The notes under the pieces were generated by a model. The model saw only the letters and a program-made list of their open reading frames with translations. It was not told the DNA's origin and searched no databases. DNA of 64,000 nucleotides from Octopus sinensis (lineage: Eukaryota), in the NCBI RefSeq assembly GCF_006345805.1, contig NW_021832127.1:124001-188000 (forward strand). The letters run 5' to 3'. The position numbers and the translations under genes were made by a program. Of this stretch, positions 12,900 through 26,840 are shown in pieces. How positions within the stretch are numbered: the first letter of the stretch is position 1; each line of letters starts with the position of its first letter.

Positions 12900-13847
12900 A
12901 TTAGTTAGTTAATGCACGTTCGCGTTGCCAGTAAACAAAATTTATGGTTTCGCTTGTGCCATGTTTTTAACTATTCTTGTCGTTAGCCACTTCCATTCCT
13001 TCCGTCGTCTTGCCCTCTTTCCGATTTCGTCCAGATCGTCTGCATCCTTCAATCGGCCTCCGATCATAGCATATTCCTTCGTAAGTATTCCCGGAAGACA
13101 GTCTCTTGGACGTCCTCTATATTTAGAGTATTCAGTATGGCCGAAAAATTCTTCCATGGCCATATTGCATGGTGTTTCTTTCTTCATTCGTAAAATATGT
13201 CCAAACAGGCGCCAGCGGGTTTCAAGTATATTTAGACTTATAGGCCCACAGTTAGCTAACCTGTATAATTCATCATTTGATATTTTCTTCGGCCACGAAT
13301 AGCCGAGGAGTTTTCTCAGTTGACCCCTGTGGAAAGAGTCAAGTTGCTCCATGTTTTTCTTTGATGTTCCCCAAGTACCTGCGTTGTACATGAGGACAGG
13401 TCGGACAAATGCATCATATAATCGTAGGCGCATCTTAGTCGAAATTTGGTTTTTTCTCATCCAGATAGATTGAAGTTTAAGTGCAATTGTTGATAATATT
13501 TTTCGTCTGGTAATATCTTCGGAATCGCCAAGAAGAGATCCGAGTTTTCGGACGTTTCGCCACTTCTCATCTATGCGAGTTGGCATACGTTCGACGGTGG
13601 TTATTTCGGTTTTCTCTTCATTAACTTTAAGTGCCCATTTATCGAAAATTGTTCTTGCTTTCTCCATAATAATTTTTATTAATTTCCGATCCTCCGCAAT
13701 AAAATCAATATCATCCGCGTATATAAGTTCCACAACTTGGTTGTCGATACATCCAATTTCTACTCTTAGTGCTCTCAGAGCTGCCTTTGAATTTTCGATT
13801 TCATGAAAAAGCGCGGTGAGGTTGTTGACAAAAGAGACTCCACCCAC
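12900..13847 (-). mobile_element. RTE-like LINE, RT C-terminal half and 3' tail
   Basis: LIYADDIDFIA...KVNEEKTE...KLGSLL...LRLYDAFVRPVLMYNAGTW...RWRLFGHILR...GRPR; the tail ends in (TAAC)-like repeats near 12900. Confidence 0.85.
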
Positions 13848-13849
13848 TT

Positions 13850-14266
13850 TCCTGCAAGAGGAGCGCAGGCAGGGAACACAGACACAAGGCCATCAATGAG
13901 ATCGTGAAGGCCGGTCTCGAATCGGCGGGCCATTCGTGCCTCCTCGAACCGGTCGGACTCGATCGGGGAGACGGCAAAAGGCCTGACGGGATGACAATAT
14001 TTCCGTACTTGTCCGGGAAAGCCCTTGTATGGGATGTTACTGTTGTGGATACTTTCTCAAAGTCGAGGATCCATTCTTCCGCTGCGAACCCTTGTTCGGC
14101 TGCAAACCACGCCGAAAGGATGAAATTACAGAATTATTCTTCTCTCGCGGACCGCTACCGTTTTACGCTAATCGCCCTGGAGCCGCGGGAAAGGAGACCG
14201 ACTTGTTTCTCAACAAGGTCGGGCAGTCCATTGGGAGGATTGCTGAATGAGCTCCGTCCTACTTAA
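13850..14266 (+). mobile_element. CRE-like RLE domain fragment
   Basis: LEPVGLDRGDGKRPDGMTIFPYLSGKALVWDVTVVDTF. Confidence 0.85.
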
Positions 14267-14699
14267 AGGTTCATTACGTAAAAAGAGAAGCGTTGGTATT
14301 TTATTTTTTTGAGTTTACGTCCTACAGACTGGGCGTTCATTCCTCAATTCACGTGTTTCGAAGACGGACAATCCTCATCGACTAAGACCAACATGCCTGA
14401 ACAGCCCAATTATTCTAGTAAAAATAATTGTGATGGGCACTTCCTGCTATTCCGGATTCATTGACTATTCCAGCATGAAACAAGCTGAGACTTCTGATAA
14501 GTGGGGTAGATATGTGATTACGTGAATGACTATTTTAGAGGTTTCCAAATGATGAGGCGCAAAAATCTTATAAATATTTTTTAGAAGATTTTGATAATAA
14601 TTGTTATTAATTTAAGAATTATATTTTTTCAAAAATTAATTTAATTTAAATAAGTTCAACAACATGGATAAATTCACGAATAGTAGAGTCAAAATAATT

Positions 14700-15075
14700 G
14701 AAATATAATCAATACGACTCCAAAAAAGAGGAAATATTGTTCATCCTACTTACTGTTAGGATTCAGGCGTACTCCTCTACTTGCTTTGTTTCAAAACACG
14801 AAAAAGTTAACAAAAACTTGTTTATGTCTCATCAAATGCTTTATTAGCTACATAAAAAATTTCTTAAAATATAGAAAAATGTAAGAAACCGCAAAATATC
14901 GGAGAAAATTTAATTTTGCCAGCAGCTTTGGGGAATCTTTTGCAAACAATTACGACAAATACCACTTGTTGATAACACAGTTGCTAGAAGAATTGATGAT
15001 ATATCTAAAGACCTTTGTAATCAGTTGGTTGTTCGACTACGTAATTGTAAATTTGCTATACAAGTTGATGAGGGA
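14700..15075 (+). mobile_element. Degenerate Buster-type hAT transposase fragment
   Basis: Across frames: KPxNIGEKLILPAA and DNTVARRIDDISKDLCNQLVVRLRNCKFAIQVDE. Confidence 0.7.
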
Positions 15076-16173
15076 TTTTTTCTTTAGAAAATGATATTGT
15101 TCAGGAATGATAGAATGATAGTCACGAATAGTCGCTATTTGATGGTCGAGATGGCTAACATCCCCGAAGTGGTTGCTAATAATATCATTCCCAGTCGCTT
15201 CCCTTACGCAGATGTGGTTATCTCTATCACTCTAAGAGATCCACGATTCCAGTTCTAATGATTATCATGAAAGATCTGGCATTATTTACATCCATGGGAA
15301 TAATGATTTGCCATTCAATGTCGACTCCTCCATGTTCCTCTTTTCCAACAGGTCGCACACTTTTACACGGTGAAATCACTCAGGGTGGACTTTTAAGAAG
15401 TCTAATTTATCTTCATACTCTCAGGTGATGACCTCCGAGTACATGGAGCAGCAACAACGAGTGGCCGCCAGTTCAAAAAAAATTAAAACACAAACAACCA
15501 TCTCATGTTAGTGACACGCAACCGAATTGTCTGAATGGGAATTGTTCTCGGATTATATGTGAGCAGTTGGATTGAATAAAAATAATTTTCCTAATGAAAC
15601 CAGTCTTACTGTTCTGAGGGGTGATAGGATTAGCGTTGTTTGGATATAATTTTCAAGGACGACGGCCATAATTTCGAGGAACTGAAATGTACATGACCCG
15701 ACTGATTTTAACGTTTCTGTACGAAGCCTTTAACATCGGACAGAAAATAGTCTGCAATTCTAGTTTGTCATACTTATAACAAAAATTAGAAAATTTGAGT
15801 CATTTTGTCAAGGAGGTCAAACAGGATAATCAAGTGATAACCACTTGCTCTTTATATCAGAGATCGCATCAATCTATTCCCTAAAATTCTCTAATTTAGC
15901 AAACAATTTTAACAGTTGTCTCACTATTAAAATCATTTTTCACACAATTAACCGCTTTGACATCTTAGAAAGCGTTAACATGACCGTTTATGATTATGAA
16001 GCCTACCACGTCGTCCTCATATATCACCATGGTTCGTTCCATTAGTTTGTTATATAAACGGAATATGTATGCAAGTATAATTTATTATATCAATTCACGT
16101 CTATAGTCATCGGATTTACTCATAAAACAGTATTTCAACCAATAATGTATTATTAATATTGTCTTAAAACGAT

Positions 16174-16981
16174 TCATGCTCCAAATCTTCTTTCCCTCTT
16201 TGCAAAGATAGAAAATGCGTCTGAAATGTCAATTTCATAGTCCATAGATTCGTAGTCACTAGAAATGACATTGAATAAATACATAATCTCTGCAAATGCA
16301 CAATACCATGGAATAAAGCCACATAAATTGGGGAGATCAGATGACTTTATAAGAAAATCAGGGGGAGGAAATCCATAAAAATCTACGAATAAATTTATCA
16401 TATGAATTGAACTTTTCAATTCATTTTCAATGTAAGCCTGGCTTAAAGTTTCGGCCTTGACATTTCGTGATATCAATTCACGAATAAACTCAATATACGC
16501 AAATTTAGAGTCCTCCGGTCCCAGAAGTACTACTAACGGTTCGCTTCTATGTTAATGTAGAATAAGCAGTACAATTTAGAACCACAAAGAACCCTTCCGC
16601 AGGTAAAATCATAATTGTGATATTCGGCGATTTTTCCGATGAATTTTTCCTCGAAAACATACTTATCTGAAATATTTTGTTCAAAATTTTACTTTGTGGG
16701 TCATATATGAGTATATTTGAGATTTTATTATCGACACAACACTGAATATAATGTTTTATTATGTTTAATCCAGTTTTTGTGTTGTCTTGTTTTAATACAA
16801 GAGCACATGTTCTTGGTTGGTTTAATGTAAAGTTATTTTCTTTTTGAGGTTTTCTTGTTTTAAGAATTCTGAAGAATTTTTTTAATTTTGTAAAAATTAA
16901 ATATAAAAAATTGTAGCATTTCAAAGTCAGTAGTAAGAGATACAATGCTCCTTTAAATAAATATATGATGTAGTTTCCCAT
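16174..16981 (-). CDS. NUS1: Nogo-B receptor / cis-prenyltransferase non-catalytic subunit
   Basis: Two 26-nt introns and one 30-nt intron give a continuous frame: N-terminal hydrophobic segment, LLGPEDSK, FPPPDFLIK...GFIPWYCAFAEI, and the C-terminal RRFGA (RxG motif). Confidence 0.85.
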
Positions 16982-17348
16982 TAATAAACAGACAACGTGT
17001 TGTTCATAGAATATAGAATTATCTATTTGCTTTTTAAATTTTAGTTGATTAAAAACAAATAAAAATTATATGAATTTAATTTTAAAAAAAAATTTAATAA
17101 CTTTCGAATAGGGAGACGAGCTGGCTCTTTCAGCAAATCTCAGGCGTCATGCACCGCGGAAACTGCCATTCAATACGCAGTGCGACATCGTTGAGCTGAT
17201 CCCTAGGGCTCTCGGCTACCCTTTCAGCCACTTACCCTAGCTAACAATCTAACCTTGTTCCTTAATATCTTTCAAATATATATTTGTAAAAGGAAAGTTA
17301 CGATCAAGAAAATCTGAAAGAATTAATTTCAATTTAAAAATAAATAAA

Positions 17349-18576
17349 CTAAAATTCAATTTTAACAAAATATATGAATTTTCCAGATCCAAATGCGACT
17401 AATTTTTTAGGAGAATTACTCCTCCATCAGCACAATTTACGGCACTTGGAAGATTAGCTATTGTTGCAATATCCTAGTATACAAATATATGTTTATACTT
17501 TGCCGCTGTGATATGAATATATCCTTAAAATATTTTGATTAGTTCCATGACAGATAATGTCATCATTAGATATCCATTTACCCCCATAATACTGTAAGAA
17601 TAAAATACCAATACATACAAAGGACGTGTCATTTTTCTTATGAGGAACGTTTTGCACTAGTTCACATGTATCATAGTTCCAAATCTGATATTTAATGAAT
17701 AAACAACAAAAACCTGAACTGGATTGTCTTTACGCCAAGACGCAGTGACAATTAACTTTGAGGTTGGGTCAATGTCGACAGCTTCACCGCAAATATGAGG
17801 TCCATAAATGTGCCTAAACCAATTTATACTCATCCGTCACTTCAAAGATTGATTCTGTCGATCATCCCAATACTGAAATATATTTTAATATAAAAATAAA
17901 ATCACTTGAATTGTGTTGTCCCAGCCACCAGTCAAAAATGAATTTTCCGAATGATAGACTGCAGAAAATACTGCGAGAGAATGACCAGACAAGACATTCT
18001 TTTTATGTCTAATAAAAATATTTTATTTTTTCAAATATACCCAGCTTGTAAATGAGAAATTCGTTGTCCAGTTTCAACATTATAAATAAATATATTAGTG
18101 TTCTCCCCGACAGTTACGAATCTATCGCCTGAGAAATGCATTGCTAAAGAGAGTGTAGATCTTTGATCGAATATTGTTCGAAGACAAAATTCATTTTTAT
18201 AATTCCATATTCTAGTCGTTCCATTTGAATCTTCAAATACAAAAATTAATTTACATGAAGCAATCAGAACTTGTTCATTGGCGTCGGGGATAAATCGAAT
18301 GCATGTACACGGAAACTGTTTAGTTTTGATATCTGAGTCGACTAGACATGACGTCTCAAAATTCAAGTTAATGTAAATGATCTATTTTATAAATAAGGGA
18401 CTAACATGGATTTTTCCAGACGATAGCCCTAGTGCTAAAATAGAGCATTCTTGGTTAAATCTGCAGCACATTACAGGCGTGTCAAATTCTCTAAATTGAA
18501 GATTGTTATTTTAAATTTACATTTTTTTAATAAACAATAATGGTTTGTAAATATTCAATTCATCTTTGTAGTGCAT
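17349..18576 (-). CDS. WD40-repeat protein
   Basis: Spliced VMCCRFNQECSILALGLSSGKI, FPCTCIRF, FLTGGWDNTI and IYGPHICGEAVDID. Several 24-30 nt introns; one apparent 1-nt frameshift near 17420. Confidence 0.8.
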
Positions 18577-18870
18577 TTATTTGAAATACCAGATTAATTG
18601 TTAATTTCTAATTAAATAATAATTTTAAATTAATTTGTAGTCAAGGTAAATCGTTGTAACCATTAAGGCTGATTGATTTAAGGTTAGCAAATTTTACAAA
18701 TTCAAGAATATTATTACTTTCGAATGATTAATAATTGATTATAGTCGTTAAATTTGATTTTATTTTAACTTTTTTAAATGGAAATCTTTATTTGTATAGA
18801 CAAAAATTATGTGTGATGGTTGTACTAATAGAAAAAAAAAACAATTGATTTTTCAAGATCTTTGTTCTAA

Positions 18871-21800
18871 TTAACTTTCCTTTTCCATATTAGTTTGCTC
18901 CGCCAAGTTTACTCTCGGAATCCTCTTCCCGCTATCTGTTCCCACTTCGGAGTTGTTTCCTTCATCGGCGGAAACTACAGAATCTCGCCGTCTCTTCACC
19001 GATTTCCGTCCTTCGTCAAATGAGTTACCTGAGGTAGACATATTTTCGAAGCCAAATTTGTGTTCTACTATCATGCTTTCCATTGTTTTTTTCAAACCAA
19101 CAGTCTGGATGTATGCTTGCACACTTTCTTTGATTTTAAGAAGGTCCATATATTTTCTGAAGAATGTAGAGACTATCCCATCCCACGTGAGGACAATCGG
19201 TACAATCTTTACCTTAGCCTTGTGAATTATTGTAATTCACTGGCTAGAATGTCGTATTTATGCATTTTTTCCACTCCCACCGATTTCAAATTATCTATCG
19301 AGGTAACACCCACTTCAATGATCCATATCAAATTTTCCTTCTGTCATACAGGAATATATCAGGCTTGTTATATTGTATTTTTAGTTCAGTTGGAATTGTA
19401 GTATCGACCCGAATTTCCGCAGAGCTATTCGACATTATACACTGCACGGAGTGGTTTTTCAGTCTCTTGGACTTCTCATTCCAAATCTCCGACACAAGTG
19501 CATGTGAACACACCTCACAATCTCGTTATGCCTTCTGGTATAATCTGAATTTAGCATCTCTACTGCATCGCGTCGCAAGATGGTCCACGGTTTTAGGCGA
19601 GGATTTACAATGTGGGCATTTTTCATCAGAGTTTCTGAAAAAGACGTTTCTGTCTTGAAGAAAAGAGAACATTGCCTCAGATTTAGGAGATGTATTCCCT
19701 TTCTTTAGCCATGTTGAAGATGTTGGGATATCAAAAGTATTATTCTCAAGCGACTCAAATAGCTTCGAATGCAACCTTTTCTTTTTAATACTAAGCAACA
19801 GTGACTCTATCTGCAAGTCACGTAGTGATTTAGCAATCTCATCGAGTGTGGTTGTTCCATATTTACAATGCAGGAATTCTGTGATTGTGGCCATATGGGT
19901 TTTCCTTTTCTGTTCGGCCCACAAAATTGCTGCTTTTCTCAAGGAGATTAACTTTCGCCTTTCCAAATTGGTTTTGAAGTCCAACAGCATTTTTTCCGCC
20001 TTAAAGGCAACTGATACAAGTCCCCTTCCAAGTGTATCTCTTGGCAGATACAGTCTTTCTTTACAGGCTGGCTTCATGTGAATTTTCAAATCAGCCAACA
20101 GCTTTCTGACAAACTTGTCCATTTCTTCGAAACAAGATGGTTCCAGATCGAGTAGACCGATATAATAGTTAATCAGCGATAGAGCATGCTCATTAATTGC
20201 TCTAAATAGATTGACTGCATTTAGTTTAGTTTCCGATAGTCTTCCAATACGCTTTTGCATTTCTTCTTTAATATTTTTGAGTACATCCTCTTTAAGAACA
20301 TTACTGCATCTGTCTTCTAGCACCCCCAGATAGCGATAGCTATCTAGTCCATCCATTAATGTAGCTTCATTCCTCAACAAATAACAATTTGTCGCTGATT
20401 TCTCAAAATTCTTCTCCAAACCAGCCAGTTTAAAGTAAATGTTCACATCCTCCATCATGCGTGCCAGTGTCTCTCCTTCTGAGCAAAAAGCTTCAAATCA
20501 TCGATGAATAGAAATGATTGGTAGAAAAGGTTAAGGACTTGTCTTCACCAGTATTGATTGACATACTCGGATATTTTAAAGATAAAATCCTGCTTAATGG
20601 ATCCAAGACCAATACAAATAACTGTGGTGACAGTGAGTCACCTTGGAGTATACCACGATCAATATTAACTGTTCCAAGCAGCTCTTTTCCTAATCTTAAC
20701 GACACTCTCCAGTTAGGAATTATTGACATCATAAATTTCGTTATCCATTTAGGTAGTCCTGAGTTTTCCAAAACTTCAAAAAGAAATTCGTGACTCACTG
20801 AGTCAAAAGCTTTCTTTACGTCGATCCATGCACATAATAATTTGTTTCCATAAACTTCATTAACGCGTCTATTTAGAAGCGCTAATTCCTTTGCTCCTTG
20901 GCAATGGCGTTTAGATCCCAACTGGAACTCCGTTATCAGATCGTAAGTATCAGCATATACAGCGATTTTTTCGTTCACACATTTTGTGACCAATTTATAT
21001 AAGCACGGCATGCATGTAATTGGTCTAAGGTCCTTCGGATCAACAGAGTTTGCTTTCTTTGGGATTAAAAATGTAATTCCAGTGTAAAACCATCCTTGTG
21101 GTTGACTGACACCATTAATAATATTTCTGATCTCTTGGAAAAGAAATTTGTGAAGAGAGTCCAGCTTTTGATAAAGAAATTGTACACAGCATCACATCCC
21201 GGAGCCTTCCAATTAGGAAGGTACTCAATTAAGTTTGATATAAACTCGTCGCTAACGTCAGGTGCATTATCTTCCACTCCAGTTACTCTTTTGTTCACTC
21301 CAAGGCCCAAATCAGTTTTATCCCTTTTCTTCCAAACATCACCCCAAAACTTGAGACACTCAGACGAGTCAAAACCAGCAATTTGTTTGTTATCAGAATT
21401 GGGATTCAGCTTTCTGTAGAACATCTTCTGTTCAACTCGAAGTTTCTATTATCTATTCCATATTGCCTTCTTGAATCTGAAACTGATAACTTTTTGTTTA
21501 GAATTTTGATTTGATCATTTATTGTAGACGATTTCTCTCAAACTCCCCCCTTTTAGACTTCTTATAATTGTAGGAGCAGAGAATGTCTACTGCTTTCTTC
21601 TTCCTTTCTTCATCTTTAGTGGTGGACATAAAATGCTTTGATATTAACCGATCATTCTCCATCAAAGATTCAATTTTATTTTGGATTTTTTGTTTCCAAT
21701 TCGACTTGAATGTCAATTTACTTGATATCTGTTGATATACACATTGTGCTGAGTATATCAAAGACGAAATATCCTCAATACTTGCAGGAATGTTATTCGA

Positions 21801-22305
21801 CGTGTATTCAATTAGGGCTTTATTAATCATTTCAATCACACTTCATGATTTACATGCTGAGATTGAATCTTTCTTGTTTGCTTCCTTTCTTCGATTGGTA
21901 TTGATTTATTTTGATTAATTTGAATTAATAATTCTTCAAAAATTTTGTTGTACAGTGTCAAATCAGGTAATTTTCTATTCATATTATGTCCAGTTTTGGT
22001 GATTTCATTATTTCCGCGGAAAGTAGTAGCAAGTTTTTTCAATTCGAATATCGATTTTTCTTACCAAATTTAGAATTAAAATAGCTGGCCATAAGTGGCC
22101 ACCCTCCCCTAGGTACTCGCTTGAGACGATCTTTGACATAGTTCAAAAGAGATGACATCCACTCTCCTGGGTTGGACGAATCAATAGACTCACAAATAGC
22201 TTTTAAGGATAACAAAGTTGACGAGAGCTGCTGAGTTTCATTGTATTTGACAGGGGCATAAGACACAGCCATGAACAGACAAATCCACATTTTCTTGAGC
22301 GTCAT
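18871..22305 (-). mobile_element. R4/Dong-like non-LTR retrotransposon (single long ORF with RT, CCHC and RLE), frameshifted
   Basis: PNWKAPGCD, WIDVKKAFDSVSH, GILQGDSLSPQLF, CPHCKSSPKTVDHLATRC, NKPDIFLYDR and the C-terminal PIVLTWDGIV...YIQTVGLKKT. Confidence 0.85.
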
Positions 22306-22419
22306 TTACTTGGTATTCTGTGGATGCGTCCATGGAAATGACTTTTCCAGACTGAGAAAAACCAACCATCCTTACACCACTAAACAAAAAATATTTGTAT
22401 TGTACTAATAGAATATAAT

Positions 22420-25400
22420 AAAACTCTAATATTTTTCATTATAGTTGGATGTGCCAAAAAATACAATGCTTGTTATTCTTTTTAAACCACATTAGAACCA
22501 CAAAATAATAACAGCATAAAAATTTTAAACATTCTGGATTAATTCTTCCAGCTTTTTAAAAGCAGAATCCGAGCTTGAAAGAAAAATATATCCAAATCTA
22601 AAAAATAAAAGCTACTGAAAGTCACCTTGATTTTAAAAATTCAGACAAGTTTCTACAAACGTCGTACTTTTCATAGAGTGATATCAAAATCTCGGCAGCT
22701 TTTTTGCGAACAGACAAATCTATGTCCACTAAAAAATTCCCCAATTGTTTAATCCCCCATTCAAAGACGTCACTACAAACTTTCTGATTACATAAGACAC
22801 AAGATAAACAATACAATGAACTCTAAGAAAAATATAGAAAATAAGATTTTAACTTTTTTGATTTCCAGTGACCGAGATGAACAAATTCGACTTTCAAAAT
22901 CTTCACTTGTAATATATCTAAAAAATTTAGACAGATTCATATACTGTAAAATAAATTTAGTGCTTTGAGGGGAAGAAAAGCAAAATAAATTTCCGATAAA
23001 ATGTAAAAACAACGAACTAACGTAGTCATTTCTACTTTTTAACAATTTAGTAAATTCCCGTGAAATATCTATGAAATAGTGAAATTAATTATTTTAATAA
23101 ATGGAGATTGAATAAATGGAATAATGGATAATAACTACACAGCAACTAAAACCTGATATTTTTGAAATATTTTTTAAAATCAAGGCGCAATTCCTTCCCG
23201 AAGAAGTTTTGGTTAAGACATTCAATATTGCTACAATATCAGCAAAAACCGGGTCGCAGACTATTCCAATTTGTCCCCACATTATATCGAAAATCTAAAC
23301 ATAAATAATTCTTAATTACATGTCCTTCGTTTAATGCAGCCTCTGTTGAAGCAACGAAAGCGTTGTCAAAATGACAAAGACCACACACCAAAGAGAAAGA
23401 TATTGCTACGACGTCTTCCGAAAATTTTAAAGCTGAAATAACATTAAAAAGTGATGGAATAATATCGATATCTTGCGAGTAAATACTGGAATGAACATTT
23501 GAAAAAATACCGTATAATTGGCTGAATCTCGTTTTGGGGCAAATCTAGTGAAAATGGTACCATAAGAAGTTGTAAGAACCCCAAAATAATGCTTTCGCAA
23601 AGTTGGGAATTTCTAAAAAATATTTGATAAATACTAAACCTATCCACTATTATATGAAGCATTTGGACTGATGAAATGAGACTAAATGATTTGACAAATC
23701 CTACGGGTTTTTTAAATAAATTATAAGCTAGAAAGCATTTCTAAAATTTATATTACTTATGAAAAAAACCTTTGAAAATATAGTTAAAGTCAGTTCAACG
23801 ATGTTTGCAAGACCCGATAGCGAAAAAAGGTACCGTAAAGAACCCGGAGCTGCATTATTCGAATTTTCGTCTTCCCAAGCAGCAAAAAAGTAAAAAACAT
23901 TTGTCCAAATTAATTCAAGTAACTGAATCGATTTTGAATCCAGAAATTCTTCCTTTGTCTATTAATATGTAAATCTGGTCAAATGTACAGCAAAAATCAA
24001 AAGAAACAAAGTAACCCCATCACATGAACCACATTCGGAAAAAGGACGGCTGTGAATCTAAAAACCAGGTTTTTAAATATAAAAACCTCATTTACGTTCT
24101 TAAGAATGTCTTCAATTATTTCAATTGTGGTTTTATGGTTGTCTTCAATAATCCGCTGACATAAATAATTTGTGTAGAAAAACGAAATGCAAACAACTTT
24201 ACAATTTAAATCAGTATTTTTGTGAAAAATGTTCAAAACAAATTTATAAAATGGACATTCTCTTAAAAAAGTAAAATAAAAAGAATACCTTCCTTCTCCA
24301 GCTTTTGATCTTTTGATAGGAAGAAGTACCAAAATCCGAATCAAAATTTCGGTTTCGCAATTCGTAAAACTTTTTTGAGCTTTTACTGTGATTTTAACAA
24401 AAAAATTAAAAAATTCGTAAGAATTGATCAAATTGCTGGAAAATTCTGAGCAAGATTCACAAAATGCACAGATTATCTATTATAATTTTCCATAATTTAT
24501 GTTTTATCATAAATATTAATTATTCACCTGCAATGAATAGTATCGACAAGCTGGGACTTGTAAATCACGGAAGAGCGTTTGAATTGTAATACTGTTTTCT
24601 TCTTTTATGAGAAGCTTTGCAACATTTTCTGATAACTAAAATAATTAAATAAATTTTTATAAACTTTAATCTTTTCTAAAGATTGTCTGTACCAATTAAC
24701 AGAGCCAAAAAACACAATGGAAAAAATTTCATAAATCAACATCTTTTGGTCTATGTCGGATTCTGTTGTAATATATAAAGAAAATATTTCTTTGCAGTTT
24801 TTATCACATATTATAGGGAAACGATAACACGATGACAACTCCTCAAGAGTAAGCTTATCGACAAGAAGAAAAAAGCTTTTAAGACTCTAATGACTCAATT
24901 TTAAAACATTATAAACTTTTAAAAAACTTGAAAAGCCTGCTGTTTTTAGACTTGGTGATTGAAAAATAAGTCTTCCGATTTTTAATATTGATTTCCCTAA
25001 AGAACAAATAGGCCTGATTTATATCATGCATCATTAAAAATACTTGAAAGTGCATTTATATGTCCTGAGAGAACACAAAGTATTCATAGTAGATACCGAA
25101 CCATTGAGTAAGACAACGAATGTTTCCAATAAGTGAACCTAAATATAGGAAAAACTGTTTTTAAACATTCTCAGTCTTCAGACGGACCAATCCTTCTGCA
25201 AAATCAAAGTAGAGAAATGGTAAATTGAATTTTTCCAAAATAGTTTCAAAAATTTCATCATCACTTTAAAATAAGTTAAATTTGAATATTTTTCAAACAT
25301 TAAGTGCGTGGAAACGTATGTAACGAAACGGATGATTCCGTTTAAGGTAGAAGATAACAAGTCGTGTTTTGGACAGCTTAGAATCTAATATTATTTAATA

Positions 25401-26782
25401 TATTTATTTAACGACCTGATCAAATATTTGATGAGCACTATTTTTTAAAAAATTTATAAATTCATAATCTTGCATGAAATTTATCATATCTTCCTTTGAC
25501 CTGAAAAGATGATCTATAATTTCGCCACACTTTGTAATTGTCATATTAGTCTATAAATAATATTAATATACACTACCACTCCAAATTTATGTTTGATGAT
25601 TACAGGTGTAATTGTTTTATTGAAGACGGCGTCTACAATCCGAGATTTAACATCTTTTTGATTCAATTCCAACAAAATAAAATTAAAAAACAAACTCTCA
25701 AATTTGGATTTTTGAAACAAACCCTTGTATCTGATGTTGGGTGAGATTTATTTTTAATTTCTTCTGTCCTTTGAAGCATCAACGAATTGGTAAGAGGCTG
25801 TGTAAAGGGTGAAGGTCGATTTAAATCTTCGCTATGTACTAAAATAATTTACTCATAAATTCGAAACCAAAAACTAAATCTGAGATAAAACCATGTTCGA
25901 GAAGTTCCGGCCAACCCAATCTTTCATTAGGGTCTTTTACTAGCAAGCGCTGCAAAAAATCCCGAAAAATATCACTCATTCCTTGCGGCCAATTTATAGT
26001 CTCGTTTGATATCAGTTGCACCAATTGAAATATGCTGGTTGTATAAAACGGAGGCTGCCCACAAAAAAGCTCATACAGAATACACCCAAGAGCCCTTTAA
26101 TTAAAAAAACATAAAAAACCATAAATCAGCTTTATGGTCGTAAGGCTTCTCCTCAACCAATTCAGGAGACATATAAAGCGGAGTTCCCTTAATGATAAAT
26201 ATCATATAAATACTTTAATGGAAGTTAAAACAAAATTTTTAACTCTCATAGATTTTGCAAAACCAAAGTCACAAAGCTTTGTGGTCCCTTTGTCGGATAA
26301 GAGAATATTTTGAGGTTTCATGTCTCGATGTAAGATAGAATTGGCATGCAGATGAAACAACGCCGAAACCATTTGAGCAGCTATTGGTCTGACCTGTGGT
26401 AGAATTGTGAATGTTATGAAACAAACTAAAGATTCGGGAAGACTTCCGTCGTCTTCGAGAACTTGGAATAGCTCACCAAATGCATATTCTGTCACCGCAA
26501 CAATCTAATTTATTATAAAAGTAAAAGACCTCAGAATCAGTTTCAAAATTATCAAGTATTTGTATGACGTTTGGGTGCTGTAATTTTTGCATTATCTCGA
26601 TTTCTCTTTTAATGTTCTGTAGTTCTTTGTTGGAACGGTTGAGTTTTGGAATGAATTTTATAGCGACAATCTTAAAAAATGAATTTAAGATTTAAAACTT
26701 TTCCAGAATGTTTTTTTAAACCTTTGTAAACTTTGCCAAATGATCCTTCGCCAATCAATTGTGAAGTGTGATAATTTTCCAT
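22420..26782 (-). CDS. STK36: Serine/threonine kinase Fused/STK36 (kinase plus long C-terminal armadillo-like region)
   Basis: [60 protein letters not shown]...VLTSIK|[23 protein letters not shown] and [11 protein letters not shown]. Kinase introns are 28, 25, 33, 26 and 25 nt; the 3' boundary is approximate. Confidence 0.92.
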
Positions 26783-26840
26783 TCAAACTGTGTTTTTAAA
26801 ACGACTTTAAAATTGATTTAATAACAATTAAAATAAAATT

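Noticed and set aside
15100-16060. Possible gene or LINE remnant downstream of NUS1
   Set aside because: No consistent frame or recognisable motif on either strand.
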